Below, piece after piece: positions 21,141 through 31,529 of a stretch of 64,000 bases of DNA; position 1 is the first letter of the stretch, and each line of letters starts with the position of its first letter. The translations under genes were made by a program, and so were the position numbers. This stretch comes from Escherichia coli. Lineage in GTDB: Bacteria > Pseudomonadota > Gammaproteobacteria > Enterobacterales > Enterobacteriaceae. Below the pieces are notes generated by a model, which worked only from the letters and a program-made list of their open reading frames with translations, was not told the DNA's origin and did not search any database. The DNA is taken from NCBI RefSeq assembly GCF_001677475.2, contig NZ_CP015229.1; one strand, given 5' to 3'.

Positions 21141-22142
21141 ATGAGTAGTTGGCTTGCGATGCTGCAAGATGCCGCAGAGATGTTTGTGTTTCTCGCCGTC
21201 GAGCTTTCTTTGCTGTTTATAGTGATTAGTGCCGGTGTCAGCCTGATAAGACAAAAGGTGCCAGACCATAAAATCCAGCAGATGATGGGGGCCAGAAAAG
21301 GGAGAGGCTATCTCCTGGCTGCTCTGTTGGGAGCCGTTACCCCGTTCTGTAGTTGCTCGACAATCCCCATGTTACGTGGATTGTTATCAGCGAAAGCCGG
21401 GTTTGGTCCGACTCTCACTTTTTTATTTGTTTCCCCATTACTTAATCCCATTATCGTCGGGTTAATGTGGGTGACCTTTGGCTGGAAAGTTACCTTGTTG
21501 TACGCGATTATCGCCGCCGGCGTCTCCGTACTTGCCAGTATTATCCTGGATTCTCTGGGATTTGAACGTCATATCATTGCCAGTAAAAGCTCATCAGCAA
21601 ATTGTTGTGCTCAAGCCAAAACTTCGCCGGGGACGACATATACGCCAATAAAAGTGAGTTGCTGTAGTCCAGCGGCTAAAGCCATTGAGAAACCCGTAGT
21701 TACCTGTTGCAGTACCAAAGCTGTGGTAAGTATTAATCCCATAAAACTAGCCACCAAAGATGCGTTGCAACAGTTTAAAGATGTACTGCCATATCTTTTG
21801 TTGGGGGTATTAATAGGCTCTTTTATTTATGGCTTTATTCCCTCAGAGTGGATTGCCGCTCATGCAGGGGCAGATAATCCCTTCGCCATCCCATTGAGCG
21901 CCGTTGTCGGTATTCCGCTGTATATCCGGGCAGAGGCGGTTATCCCTCTGGCATCTGTTCTGATGACAAAAGGAATGGGTCTGGGAGCATTAATGGCATT
22001 AATCATCGGCAGTGCCGGAGCAAGCCTGACGGAAGTGATATTACTTAAATCAATGTTCAGAATGCCGATGATAGCTGCATTCCTGACGGTTATCTTAGGT
22101 ATGGCTATCTTGATGGGCTATTTGACTCAAATGCTATTTTAA
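21141..22142 (+). CDS. arsP: ArsP-like permease (putative organoarsenical efflux; DUF318 family)
   Basis: 333 aa polytopic membrane protein with TPFCSCSTIP motif (the ArsP signature as recalled); central loop with three Cys-Cys dyads. Confidence 0.65.
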   Translation: MSSWLAMLQDAAEMFVFLAVELSLLFIVISAGVSLIRQKVPDHKIQQMMGARKGRGYLLAALLGAVTPFCSCSTIPMLRGLLSAKAGFGPTLTFLFVSPLLNPIIVGLMWVTFGWKVTLLYAIIAAGVSVLASIILDSLGFERHIIASKSSSANCCAQAKTSPGTTYTPIKVSCCSPAAKAIEKPVVTCCSTKAVVSINPIKLATKDALQQFKDVLPYLLLGVLIGSFIYGFIPSEWIAAHAGADNPFAIPLSAVVGIPLYIRAEAVIPLASVLMTKGMGLGALMALIIGSAGASLTEVILLKSMFRMPMIAAFLTVILGMAILMGYLTQMLF

Positions 22143-22720
22143 ATAGATGCCAGCAGTAAACTATAAGGAGCATTGTGAGTGCCTTATCCTTCTGAGTAGA
22201 AAATCATAGATAGGATAATCCTTAAAAAGCACAAATAACTTAACTAATGCTTTGAGAATGATGACGGATCCATCAGTAAGTCATCAATCGACAATCACCA
22301 CGCAATCATGCTTCTCTTACATTTTATCGGAGAAGCAATGTCTCTTTGTCTCAGTGCTATCCCCCCTTTTAAAGGGCAGATTTCAGTCGCCAATACAACA
22401 CATTTTTAAATACACTTTAACCTGGTTCATTATTACACATCTAAAACATCACAAAAATATCACTTTACACACTATCGGAGAACATCATAACTTTTTAAAA
22501 TGAGCGCTTTTTGATAGTTATTAACGTATTCTTTTACGATACTATCACTGCCCTTTTTTATACACAAATATTACCGGGTGGAGATAAAAGGGAAGTCAAA
22601 GGTAATTATATCAGGAAGATATGACGCATTATATTTATTGTGTGTAGAAGAAAATCCATTCCTGTTCTAATTATCCAATTTAAAAATCCTAGCATAAACA
22701 GATGATGAATAAGGAATGTT

Positions 22721-23944
22721 ATGTCAATTGACTTTACCCCAGGTATAATAAATATTTATCACGGCGATATTTATAACTGCACAACAAATACCGATAATGC
22801 TAAAACGCCAGACACACCGAAGTGGCCTTGCGATAATTGGGAAGAACAACAACCCATTAATTCCACATTCTCTGGAGAAGGATATACCTCTGATCAATAT
22901 GATTTAGCGCAACACCAACTTCAACAAATTTATGCGTGCCGCACGAACACCACATATACAAATGCAGACTACTCCAAAGTTGTGGCTCAACTTGTAAGTC
23001 TTATTACTAACATTGAAACGATAAGTTCGACACCACTTACGCGGCAGGCACAGGGACTACTTAATCAAATTAATAACATTAGATACGAAAAGAACAAAAG
23101 TGCTGAATGTCGAATCATTGTTGTCGCTAATCCTAAACCCGACAAGGCAATCATAACTAAAATTAGCGTAGAAGAGGGAATCCCCATAACATTCAGTGTC
23201 CAAACCATGTTTTCAGATACTAATTTTATTGCTGAACAACGAGCTGACTTACCAACTAATATAAAAGATATTCAAAGCCTGTATCAAAAAATGACGAAGT
23301 TATATATTGCGCACAGTGAAAATAAAAACAGGATGAAAGTCTTTGCCGGAACCAACTTTATTGATTTCAATATGACAGGACAGAACCTGTCCGGGTTCGT
23401 TCTAACCTTGTCAAGGTTTTATTTCGAAGATCTACTTAATATAAATTTCACTGACGCAAATTTAGGTGACACTATTTTTTCACATAAAGAACACCCTACC
23501 CCCAAATTATATAAAGATGGACAATATCTTGACAAACAAATCGAAGGTTTATTTTCAACATTATTAACCATTAATGACAACTTTTTACGAGCAAAAGCGG
23601 AAATTGCTTCGACAATAATTAAATTTTTAGAGACCAGGATAACCAATCTTTCATACAACGACATATTAAAATATCAGCAAGAATTCAAAAAAGAATGTTA
23701 TAAGCAAGTTAAAGCCTTTACGACACTCTCTCGATACAATAAAATTCAAACATGGGCAGAAATGTCTGAATATCAATTCGAAGTATTTCAATACGAGACG
23801 CTTAACCCAAAAAAAATGTCACACACGCCTTATTTAAAGAGGCCACTTCCTAATGAAAAAGATATAAATTATGGGGTGGAAATAGAAATACCATCTGGCA
23901 AAAGAATTCGCTTATCAAATCATTATCAGAATATAATACCATAA
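22721..23944 (+). CDS. yhiS: YhiS-like protein, intact (407 aa), function unknown
   Basis: AT-rich ORF with AAGGA RBS at the K-12 yhiS position; no IS interruption. Confidence 0.7.
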   Translation: MSIDFTPGIINIYHGDIYNCTTNTDNAKTPDTPKWPCDNWEEQQPINSTFSGEGYTSDQYDLAQHQLQQIYACRTNTTYTNADYSKVVAQLVSLITNIETISSTPLTRQAQGLLNQINNIRYEKNKSAECRIIVVANPKPDKAIITKISVEEGIPITFSVQTMFSDTNFIAEQRADLPTNIKDIQSLYQKMTKLYIAHSENKNRMKVFAGTNFIDFNMTGQNLSGFVLTLSRFYFEDLLNINFTDANLGDTIFSHKEHPTPKLYKDGQYLDKQIEGLFSTLLTINDNFLRAKAEIASTIIKFLETRITNLSYNDILKYQQEFKKECYKQVKAFTTLSRYNKIQTWAEMSEYQFEVFQYETLNPKKMSHTPYLKRPLPNEKDINYGVEIEIPSGKRIRLSNHYQNIIP

Positions 23945-24190
23945 TATTGATTATTAGCACTTTATAATCATTGAATAAAAATAGATTTTATGTAATTTTA
24001 AAACAAAGGGTTATATTATGGGGCGATGGATACTCATGCCACGCCCCAAAATAACGGAATTGAACTGAATCGAAGGGATATAAACATCAGACAGGTTTAC
24101 GTTACTATCAGGCATATCGCCTCAGAATCAGATGAAAACTATAAAGAAATATCTATTATGGCTTTAATATTTGTTGATAAGGATAGTAAC

Positions 24191-24757
24191 ATGAACATGA
24201 CAAAAGGTGCACTCATACTCAGCCTTTCATTTTTGCTTGCCGCATGTAGTTCAATTCCGCAAAATATCAAAGGCAATAACCAACCTGATATTCAAAAAAG
24301 TTTTGTTGCTGTTCATAACCAGCCGGGGTTATATGTTGGTCAACAAGCGCGCTTTGGTGGGAAGGTTATCAACGTTATCAATGGCAAAACGGATACGTTG
24401 TTAGAAATCGCTGTATTACCGTTGGATAGCTATGCGAAGCCTGATATTGAAGCCAACTATCAGGGCCGACTGCTCGCCAGACAAAGCGGCTTCCTTGATC
24501 CAGTGAACTATCGTAATCACTTTGTTACCATCCTCGGTACCATTCAGGGTGAACAACCAGGCTTTATCAATAAAGTCCCGTATAACTTCCTGGAAGTGAA
24601 TATGCAGGGCATCCAGGTGTGGCATTTGAGAGAAGTGGTTAATACCACCTATAACCTGTGGGATTACGGCTATGGTGCATTCTGGCCGGAACCGGGCTGG
24701 GGTGCGCCTTACTACACCAACGCGGTGAGTCAGGTAACACCTGAGCTGGTCAAATAA
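24191..24757 (+). CDS. slp: Starvation-inducible outer-membrane lipoprotein Slp
   Basis: 188 aa from MNMTKGALILSLSFLLAACSS (lipobox LAAC). Confidence 0.9.
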   Translation: MNMTKGALILSLSFLLAACSSIPQNIKGNNQPDIQKSFVAVHNQPGLYVGQQARFGGKVINVINGKTDTLLEIAVLPLDSYAKPDIEANYQGRLLARQSGFLDPVNYRNHFVTILGTIQGEQPGFINKVPYNFLEVNMQGIQVWHLREVVNTTYNLWDYGYGAFWPEPGWGAPYYTNAVSQVTPELVK

Positions 24758-24768
24758 CACCACCGAAA

Positions 24769-24797
24769 GATGCAGATGCTTTCTCAGCATCTGCATC
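24769..24797 (+). terminator. Hairpin after slp
   Basis: GATGCAGATGCT-TTCTC-AGCATCTGCATC perfect inverted repeat; weak T tract. Confidence 0.4.
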
Positions 24798-24912
24798 ATG
24801 CATTACATCAAATTAATACACAGTAAGCTAACTATTATTATTATAAGCCCTGTCCTGTTAATTACCTTTGGCAATCTGATTATAAAGTTAATGTCCGCAC
24901 CAGGAGTCGGTT

Positions 24913-25443
24913 ATGTTTCTTATAATTACCAGGGATACGATGTTCTTCACCGCGATGAAAAACATTCTGAGTAAAGGTAATGTCGTTCATATACAGAACG
25001 AAGAAGAGATCGACGTAATGTTGCATCAGAATGCCTTCGTCATTATTGATACATTAATGAATAATGTATTTCATTCTAATTTTCTCACTCAAATTGAACG
25101 ATTAAAACCTGTCCATGTGATTATTTTCTCCCCCTTTAATATTAAACGCTGCCTGGGGAAAGTGCCGGTGACCTTTGTTCCGCGGACTATCACTATCATT
25201 GATTTTGTCGCACTCATCAATGGCAGTTACTGCTCTGTGCCTGAAGCGGCTGTGTCCCTTTCGCGCAAGCAACATCAGGTTCTGAGCTGCATTGCGAATC
25301 AAATGACAACGGAAGATATTCTGGAGAAACTGAAAATATCGCTAAAAACGTTCTACTGCCATAAACACAATATCATGATGATCCTCAATCTTAAGCGGAT
25401 CAATGAGTTGGTACGCCATCAGCATATTGATTATCTGGTGTGA
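24913..25443 (+). CDS. dctR: LuxR-family regulator DctR (YhiF)
   Basis: 176 aa, MFLIITRDTMFFTAMKNIL...; C-terminal HTH. Confidence 0.9.
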   Translation: MFLIITRDTMFFTAMKNILSKGNVVHIQNEEEIDVMLHQNAFVIIDTLMNNVFHSNFLTQIERLKPVHVIIFSPFNIKRCLGKVPVTFVPRTITIIDFVALINGSYCSVPEAAVSLSRKQHQVLSCIANQMTTEDILEKLKISLKTFYCHKHNIMMILNLKRINELVRHQHIDYLV

Positions 25444-25503
25444 ACGATTGATCAATATAAAGAGGCCCAGCAATAAATAGCCAGACCTCCCGTTAATTAT
25501 ACG

Positions 25504-26532
25504 TTATGCAGTAACGCCTTCCGGTATCAGCGAAGCAATTTGCTTACGCCATTGCGCTTGCTCCTGTTCGCCTTCTGTACGTTGACCATAAAGTTGCGCT
25601 ATCTGCGTACCATCATGGGCAAACAATTCCAGACTGGTTACGTAGCCATCGCTGGTCGGTTTACGGGTAACCCAGGCTTCAGCAATGCTCTCTTCTAATA
25701 GATGAAGAGTAAACGTCGGGTTGAAAATATTCAGCCAACCTTTCATTGGCACCACTTTTTCTACCACACCCGTGAAAATCTGTACGCAGCCACGGTTGCC
25801 AACAAACACCATGATTTCATTGCCATCCTGCTGTGCAGATTCCAGAATCTGCGCCAGCGCACTACCAGATACTTTGCAGGCCAAATCGTCTGCCACCAGA
25901 TTGAACGCCTGTTGGCGCGTCAGATTGTGGCGCTTTAGCAACGTAAAAAACTGATGAACGTCGGTCATCGCCCGCCACTCTTGCTCGACCACAGTGGCAT
26001 CGGCTCGCGTTTGAACAACTGGCGCATCAACGGCTTTTAACTCAAGCGGCGTATTCTCATCGGTGATAAACCGTGCCAGAAGCTCATTCCATGCCGCCAT
26101 ATCGGTATTGTCGGTAGCATAAACTTTCAGTAATGCATCGCCCTGATGATCAAAGAACTGAATACTCTGACGTTCACCGCGAGCCGTGTTTTCTTTTATA
26201 TGGAAAACACTGGCCCACTGATTCAGAAACAGTCGCAAATCCAGCGCGCGCGGGTTGAGTATTAATCCGGCATGACCGTTCAAATGCTGGTTTGTGAACG
26301 AGCCAACTTGCTCATGGACTGCATATTCATTACGACAAATACATTTGGTTTCACCAACGCTTTCCAGCGCCGCCAGAATTTCACGGATATCGCCGCGCAT
26401 CCGCCACGCATCGTGCGTGACGCGTGCAAATGCCAGTTCTGCTTCGCTAATATTCATTAAACCTGCGATGTCACGCGCGTACTTTCCGGGATTTTGTTCT
26501 TTTAACTCAAGCCAGCGTGTGTAGTGGTTCAT
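25504..26532 (-). CDS. chuS: Haem-degrading/utilisation protein ChuS (HemS family)
   Basis: 342 aa, MNHYTRWLELKEQNPGKYARDIAGL... Confidence 0.9.
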   Translation of the reverse strand: MNHYTRWLELKEQNPGKYARDIAGLMNISEAELAFARVTHDAWRMRGDIREILAALESVGETKCICRNEYAVHEQVGSFTNQHLNGHAGLILNPRALDLRLFLNQWASVFHIKENTARGERQSIQFFDHQGDALLKVYATDNTDMAAWNELLARFITDENTPLELKAVDAPVVQTRADATVVEQEWRAMTDVHQFFTLLKRHNLTRQQAFNLVADDLACKVSGSALAQILESAQQDGNEIMVFVGNRGCVQIFTGVVEKVVPMKGWLNIFNPTFTLHLLEESIAEAWVTRKPTSDGYVTSLELFAHDGTQIAQLYGQRTEGEQEQAQWRKQIASLIPEGVTA

Positions 26533-26580
26533 TGTCTCTCTTCCTTCCAGATAAATGCCCCGAAATATCGGGGCAGATGA

Positions 26581-28563
26581 TTACCATTGATAACTCACGA
26601 AAATTTTTCCATTACGACCATCCTGTGGGATGCCTTGTGGCGACCAGTACTCTTTGTCGAAAGCGTTACCCAACACTAAAGTAGTGGTCATACCTTTGAG
26701 CGCCTGTTGTCCTTGATAACTGACGTAGAAATCATTCACGCCATAGCCTGGTTGTTTGCTGTAACTGCTGCTGATATGTGTTGAGCGATCGGCAAACGTA
26801 CCAACCCACCCAACAGAGAAGCCACTGTGAGCGATCGGAATATTCAGGGTGCTGGTAACGGTATCCGGGTTAATACTGGAGATATATTCGCCGGTATCGG
26901 TGTCTTTGCCGCGGGTACGGTTATAGGCCACATCAAGGCTAAACAGATCAGTGGTATATTTCGTCATCACATCCCAGCCCCAGATTTTGGCGTTCGGGAC
27001 GTTATACGACATAGTTGTCGCCGCCGCGAAATCGACGGTCGTGGAGATGTAATCCTTCGCTTTGGTATCAAAGTAGCTGGCTTTAAATTCCAGAGCATCA
27101 TTGGACAACATCAGATCATCAAAACGCAGCCCAAAACCGTACTCCTGAGTTTCGTTAGTTTCCGGACGTAAGTTCGGGTTTGGCACCCAATAGTTGGTAT
27201 AGAAGCGACCAATCGAGAAGTGCTTAGAATCGTTATACATTTCGCCCATCGTCGGGGCGCGGAATGCCTGGGCATATGAGCCAAATAACATCAGCCAGTT
27301 AGTCGGGTTGATAGTCATCCCCGCGCGAGATGACCATTTGTCGGCATCAACATCTTTGTAGCCGTCGCTGCTACCGCGATAACTGTCATAGCGGGTTCCG
27401 CCAAGCAGGGTAATCGGCAGATCGCGTAAGGTGATCTCATCCTGTAGCCAGCCGGAGCTAAAATCGATTTTTGCTTGCGGGAAGCCTGTCGTCGCGCCGC
27501 CCGGATGTTGTTCCTGACGATAATACTCACCGCCATATGTCAGTAAGTGAGAAGCGAAACTGTCGGCAAATAGAGTGGAACGGTTCTCCAGCCTGGCTCC
27601 TTTTGTTATCTGTTCACGATACTCGCCGGAACTCCCCGTGTTTTGCGCATTAATACGGACTTCCGACCAATAAATTTTTGCATCTGCATTTAACCAGTCG
27701 TTGCTCTGCGGGGCGAGTTTATAAGAAAGCTGCGCATCGCGTTGAATTGTTGAACGATCAACCATCGGATTGCTGCTTTCAGAAGCTTCAACGGTCTGCG
27801 GATTTTTTGGTTCACGCGCGTCGTTGTTGTAGTAACGCACTAAACCGCTCAGAGACTGGGCTGAATCAATTTGCCAGGTCCCCTTCGCCAGCATGTTATT
27901 AATGGACTCGTCATTCGGCGCGGTTTCACCATTGCTCTGGCGTAAATCACCCCGATCGCGACTGGACCAGGCCACAATACCATCCAGATTTTCAGTTCGC
28001 CCAAACGCGCTCGCGCCTAATCCCAGGCTATGGTCCCCCGTGCCGCCAGTACCAAAGACACGAAAACCACTGCTTTGTCCTTCCTGCAATAAATCTTTTG
28101 CATCGACCGTATCGTAGGAGATCACTCCACCCAGCGCGCCACTGCCATACAGTAATGCTGAAGGTCCACGAACAATCTCAACACGCTTGATCAGCGCCGG
28201 ATCGAGAAAAGTGCCATTCAGGTGTCCGGTATCCGTTCCCTGACGAACACCATCGACAAGAACCAGCACGCCGCGATGATCATAGCCACGCATATTTACA
28301 TCCTGACCGTTGGTTCGTCCGGTACCATCCAGAGTAATTCCAGGAACATGACGCAGCAGATCGGAGGCTGAAGTAGCCGTTTGATTTTCAGGAGCGGAAG
28401 TGTCGATGACGCTGACCATCATAGGCGCTTCGAAGGAACTACGGGCATTCCCCGTTGCCGTAACGGTTATGGTTTCAGTAGCAAAAGCAAACGTTGGCAA
28501 GGTGGCAGAAACAGCCAAAGCCAACAAACTCAAACGCAACGAGGTAAATTGCGGACGTGACAT
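26581..28563 (-). CDS. chuA: TonB-dependent outer-membrane haem receptor ChuA
   Basis: 660 aa; signal peptide, TonB box ETITVTA, C-terminal aromatic residue typical of a beta-barrel. Confidence 0.9.
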   Translation of the reverse strand: MSRPQFTSLRLSLLALAVSATLPTFAFATETITVTATGNARSSFEAPMMVSVIDTSAPENQTATSASDLLRHVPGITLDGTGRTNGQDVNMRGYDHRGVLVLVDGVRQGTDTGHLNGTFLDPALIKRVEIVRGPSALLYGSGALGGVISYDTVDAKDLLQEGQSSGFRVFGTGGTGDHSLGLGASAFGRTENLDGIVAWSSRDRGDLRQSNGETAPNDESINNMLAKGTWQIDSAQSLSGLVRYYNNDAREPKNPQTVEASESSNPMVDRSTIQRDAQLSYKLAPQSNDWLNADAKIYWSEVRINAQNTGSSGEYREQITKGARLENRSTLFADSFASHLLTYGGEYYRQEQHPGGATTGFPQAKIDFSSGWLQDEITLRDLPITLLGGTRYDSYRGSSDGYKDVDADKWSSRAGMTINPTNWLMLFGSYAQAFRAPTMGEMYNDSKHFSIGRFYTNYWVPNPNLRPETNETQEYGFGLRFDDLMLSNDALEFKASYFDTKAKDYISTTVDFAAATTMSYNVPNAKIWGWDVMTKYTTDLFSLDVAYNRTRGKDTDTGEYISSINPDTVTSTLNIPIAHSGFSVGWVGTFADRSTHISSSYSKQPGYGVNDFYVSYQGQQALKGMTTTLVLGNAFDKEYWSPQGIPQDGRNGKIFVSYQW

Positions 28564-28852
28564 AGCGATTCTCCATGAGGAAAATAAAAAATGCTGGCTG
28601 CCTGGGTTAATACCGGGGTGGCTGGCGAAAAATAAATTTATTTAAAATTCAGAGCGATAATATTCGCCGGGTGAATTTACAGGCGTTTATATCCCATGAA
28701 ATTGCCTGGTATCTCGGCAAATACGCAAAAGCACGCCCTCTTTGTCAGGCAAAACGATATGCCCCATCAGGAGTGAAGAGCGCTGTGCGTTATCCCTTGC
28801 AAATGCTATGGTTTTGTTATCCATATGGTCGTGATTTGTTAAGCTCAAACAT

Positions 28853-28871
28853 GATAATGAGAATTATTATC
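28853..28871. promoter_or_regulatory. Fur box in the chuA / chuT divergent promoter region
   Basis: GATAATGAGAATTATTATC vs consensus GATAATGATAATCATTATC. Confidence 0.5.
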
Positions 28872-29202
28872 GATCAATTTTTTATGATCAAGCTTTTTTT
28901 TAACCACCATTAACACAATAAACAGGGGGTTATGAAACCTATCCTGCGCCCTGTAAACCACCATGTTTTTATGGTTATTCCCCCATGCCTCATCACTAAA
29001 CTTTGTCGTTAACAGTGATAATTTTCTCTTCTCTTTGCTCTGCAAGCCTCGATATCTCTGGGTTCTCAGCTTTTTCCCGCGATGAAATTTAGTCGGTAAC
29101 AAGAACGTTAGCTGACGAAGCATCTTGATAAAAATCAAAAATAAATACGCTTGTAACGCCTTGCGTATTGAATCGACGGTTGTATTTCATATATAACTCA
29201 AA

Positions 29203-29223
29203 TGATAATCATGATCATTCTCA
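29203..29223. promoter_or_regulatory. Fur-box-like site upstream of chuT
   Basis: TGATAATCATGATCATTCTCA about 25 nt upstream of the chuT ATG. Confidence 0.45.
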
Positions 29224-29245
29224 ATTTGATAAGAGTTCTCATATT

Positions 29246-30160
29246 ATGCCAAGGATCATCACCAGGCCGTTTCTTTTTTCCCCACTGACGTTATGTATTT
29301 CAGCCGTGGCCTCTGCCGCGAAGACCGCGGTAAAACGAAAAAAATTGTTTACGGCAGTACTGGCTCTTAGCTGGGCTTTTAGCGTAACGGCTGCCGAACG
29401 TATCGTGGTCGCAGGAGGATCGCTGACGGAGCTAATCTACGCGATGGGCGCTGGCGAACGCGTGGTTGGTGTCGATGAAACGACATCTTATCCACCAGAA
29501 ACCGCCAAACTGCCGCATATTGGCTACTGGAAACAACTCAGCAGCGAAGGCATTTTGTCACTTCGCCCGGATAGCGTAATTACCTGGCAGGATGCTGGAC
29601 CGCAAATTGTGCTCGACCAACTACGGGCGCAGAAAGTCAACGTCGTTACCCTGCCGCGTGTGCCTGCCACCCTTGAGCAGATGTACGCCAACATTCGCCA
29701 ACTGGCAAAAACGTTACAGGTTCCTGAACAAGGGGACGCGCTGGTGACACAGATCAACCAACGCCTGGAGCGAGTACAGCAAAACGTGGCAGCCAAAAAA
29801 GCCCCGGTTAAAGCCATGTTTATTCTCTCCGCAGGCGGAAGTGCGCCACAAGTTGCCGGTAAAGGCAGCGTCGCGGACGCCATTCTTTCGCTTGCCGGAG
29901 CAGAAAACGTCGCTACCCACCAGCAGTACAAAAGCTACAGTGCAGAATCACTGATTGCGGCTAACCCTGAAGTGATTGTCGTAACCTCACAAATGGTCGA
30001 TGGCGATATTAATCGGCTACGTTCTATTGCCGGAATTACCCACACTGCCGCATGGAAAAACCAGCGCATTATCACCGTTGATCAAAACCTGATTCTGGGA
30101 ATGGGTCCGCGTATTGCTGATGTCGTTGAGTCTTTACACCAGCAGCTTTGGCCGCAATAA
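29246..30160 (+). CDS. chuT: Periplasmic haem-binding protein ChuT
   Basis: 304 aa from ATG 29246; the longer ORF-track start would lie inside the Fur box; signal peptide present. Confidence 0.85.
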   Translation: MPRIITRPFLFSPLTLCISAVASAAKTAVKRKKLFTAVLALSWAFSVTAAERIVVAGGSLTELIYAMGAGERVVGVDETTSYPPETAKLPHIGYWKQLSSEGILSLRPDSVITWQDAGPQIVLDQLRAQKVNVVTLPRVPATLEQMYANIRQLAKTLQVPEQGDALVTQINQRLERVQQNVAAKKAPVKAMFILSAGGSAPQVAGKGSVADAILSLAGAENVATHQQYKSYSAESLIAANPEVIVVTSQMVDGDINRLRSIAGITHTAAWKNQRIITVDQNLILGMGPRIADVVESLHQQLWPQ

Positions 30161-30179
30161 ATGGATTTAAATCAGACGA

Positions 30180-31517
30180 ATGAACGCAAATAACACCCTG
30201 GATCTCACGCCACATTTTGCTTTAGACGGTGATCAGCCATTTAAAGACAGGCGCGCCATGATGCCGTTTCGTGGAGCCATTCCAGTTGCCAAAGAGCAAC
30301 TGGCACAGACCTGGCAAGAGATGATCAATCAAACGGTATCACCACGTAAGCGACTGGTTTATCTACACATTCCTTTTTGTGCAACACACTGCACGTTTTG
30401 TGGTTTTTATCAGAACCGTTTTAATGAAGATGCGTGTGCTCATTATACCGACGCCCTGATTCGTGAAATAGAAATGGAAGCGGACAGCGTATTGCATCAG
30501 TCTGCCCCCATCCACGCGGTCTATTTCGGTGGCGGCACGCCTTCCGCGCTTTCGGCACACGATTTGGCCAGAATTATCACCACATTACGAGAAAAGCTGC
30601 CACTGGCCCCTGATTGTGAAATCACTATCGAAGGCCGGGTACTGAATTTTGACGCTGAGCGGATCGATGCTTGCCTTGATGCAGGAGCAAACCGCTTCTC
30701 AATTGGTATTCAGTCGTTTAACAGCAAAATCCGCAAGAAAATGGCCCGCACCTCGGATGGCCCAACCGCCATTGCGTTTATGGAAAGCCTGGTCAAACGC
30801 GACCGTGCAGCGGTGGTCTGTGACCTACTGTTTGGCCTGCCGGGTCAGGATGCGCAAACCTGGGGAGAAGATCTGGCTATTGCCCGCGATATCGGTCTCG
30901 ACGGCGTCGATCTTTATGCGCTCAATGTCCTGCCCAATACACCGCTGGGCAAAGCCGTGGAAAATGGGCGTACTACCGTGCCCTCTCCGGCAGAACGTCG
31001 CGATCTTTATCTGCAAGGGTGTGACTTCATGGACGAAGCCGGTTGGCGCTGTATTAGTAACAGCCACTGGGGCCGTACCACACGCGAACGCAATCTCTAC
31101 AACCTGCTGATTAAACAAGGTGCCGATTGTCTGGCCTTTGGTTCCGGAGCCGGCGGTTCGATTAATGGTTACTCCTGGATGAACGAACGCAATCTTCAGA
31201 CCTGGCATGAATCCGTCGCGGCAGGCAAAAAACCGCTGATGATGATCATGCGTAACGCCGAACGTAATGCGCAATGGCGTCATACCTTGCAGTCAGGTGT
31301 TGAAACAGCGCGTGTACCGCTGGATGAACTTACGCCACATGCCGAAAAACTCGCGCCGTTACTGGCTCAATGGCACCAAAAAGGCTTAAGCCGCGATGCG
31401 TCAACTTGCCTGCGGCTGACTAATGAAGGTCGTTTCTGGGCAAGCAATATTTTGCAGTCTCTTAATGAACTAATTCAGGCACTTAATGCGCCAGCGATTG
31501 TGCGTGAAAAACCATAA
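30180..31517 (+). CDS. chuW: Radical-SAM anaerobic haem-degrading enzyme ChuW (HemN-like)
   Basis: 445 aa; CxxxCxxC radical-SAM motif (CATHCTFCGF). Confidence 0.9.
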   Translation: MNANNTLDLTPHFALDGDQPFKDRRAMMPFRGAIPVAKEQLAQTWQEMINQTVSPRKRLVYLHIPFCATHCTFCGFYQNRFNEDACAHYTDALIREIEMEADSVLHQSAPIHAVYFGGGTPSALSAHDLARIITTLREKLPLAPDCEITIEGRVLNFDAERIDACLDAGANRFSIGIQSFNSKIRKKMARTSDGPTAIAFMESLVKRDRAAVVCDLLFGLPGQDAQTWGEDLAIARDIGLDGVDLYALNVLPNTPLGKAVENGRTTVPSPAERRDLYLQGCDFMDEAGWRCISNSHWGRTTRERNLYNLLIKQGADCLAFGSGAGGSINGYSWMNERNLQTWHESVAAGKKPLMMIMRNAERNAQWRHTLQSGVETARVPLDELTPHAEKLAPLLAQWHQKGLSRDASTCLRLTNEGRFWASNILQSLNELIQALNAPAIVREKP

Positions 31518-31529
31518 CAGGAGTGATTT

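Noticed and set aside
22252-22503. 83-aa ORF in the AT-rich spacer between the ArsP-like gene and yhiS.
   Set aside because: No RBS, low-complexity composition, lies in a probable promoter region; likely a chance ORF.
28564-29245. Small ORFs (28671..28913 +, 28845..29138 -) in the chuA / chuT divergent intergenic region.
   Set aside because: They overlap each other and the Fur-box promoter region, are AT-rich, and lack start contexts; regarded as non-coding regulatory DNA.
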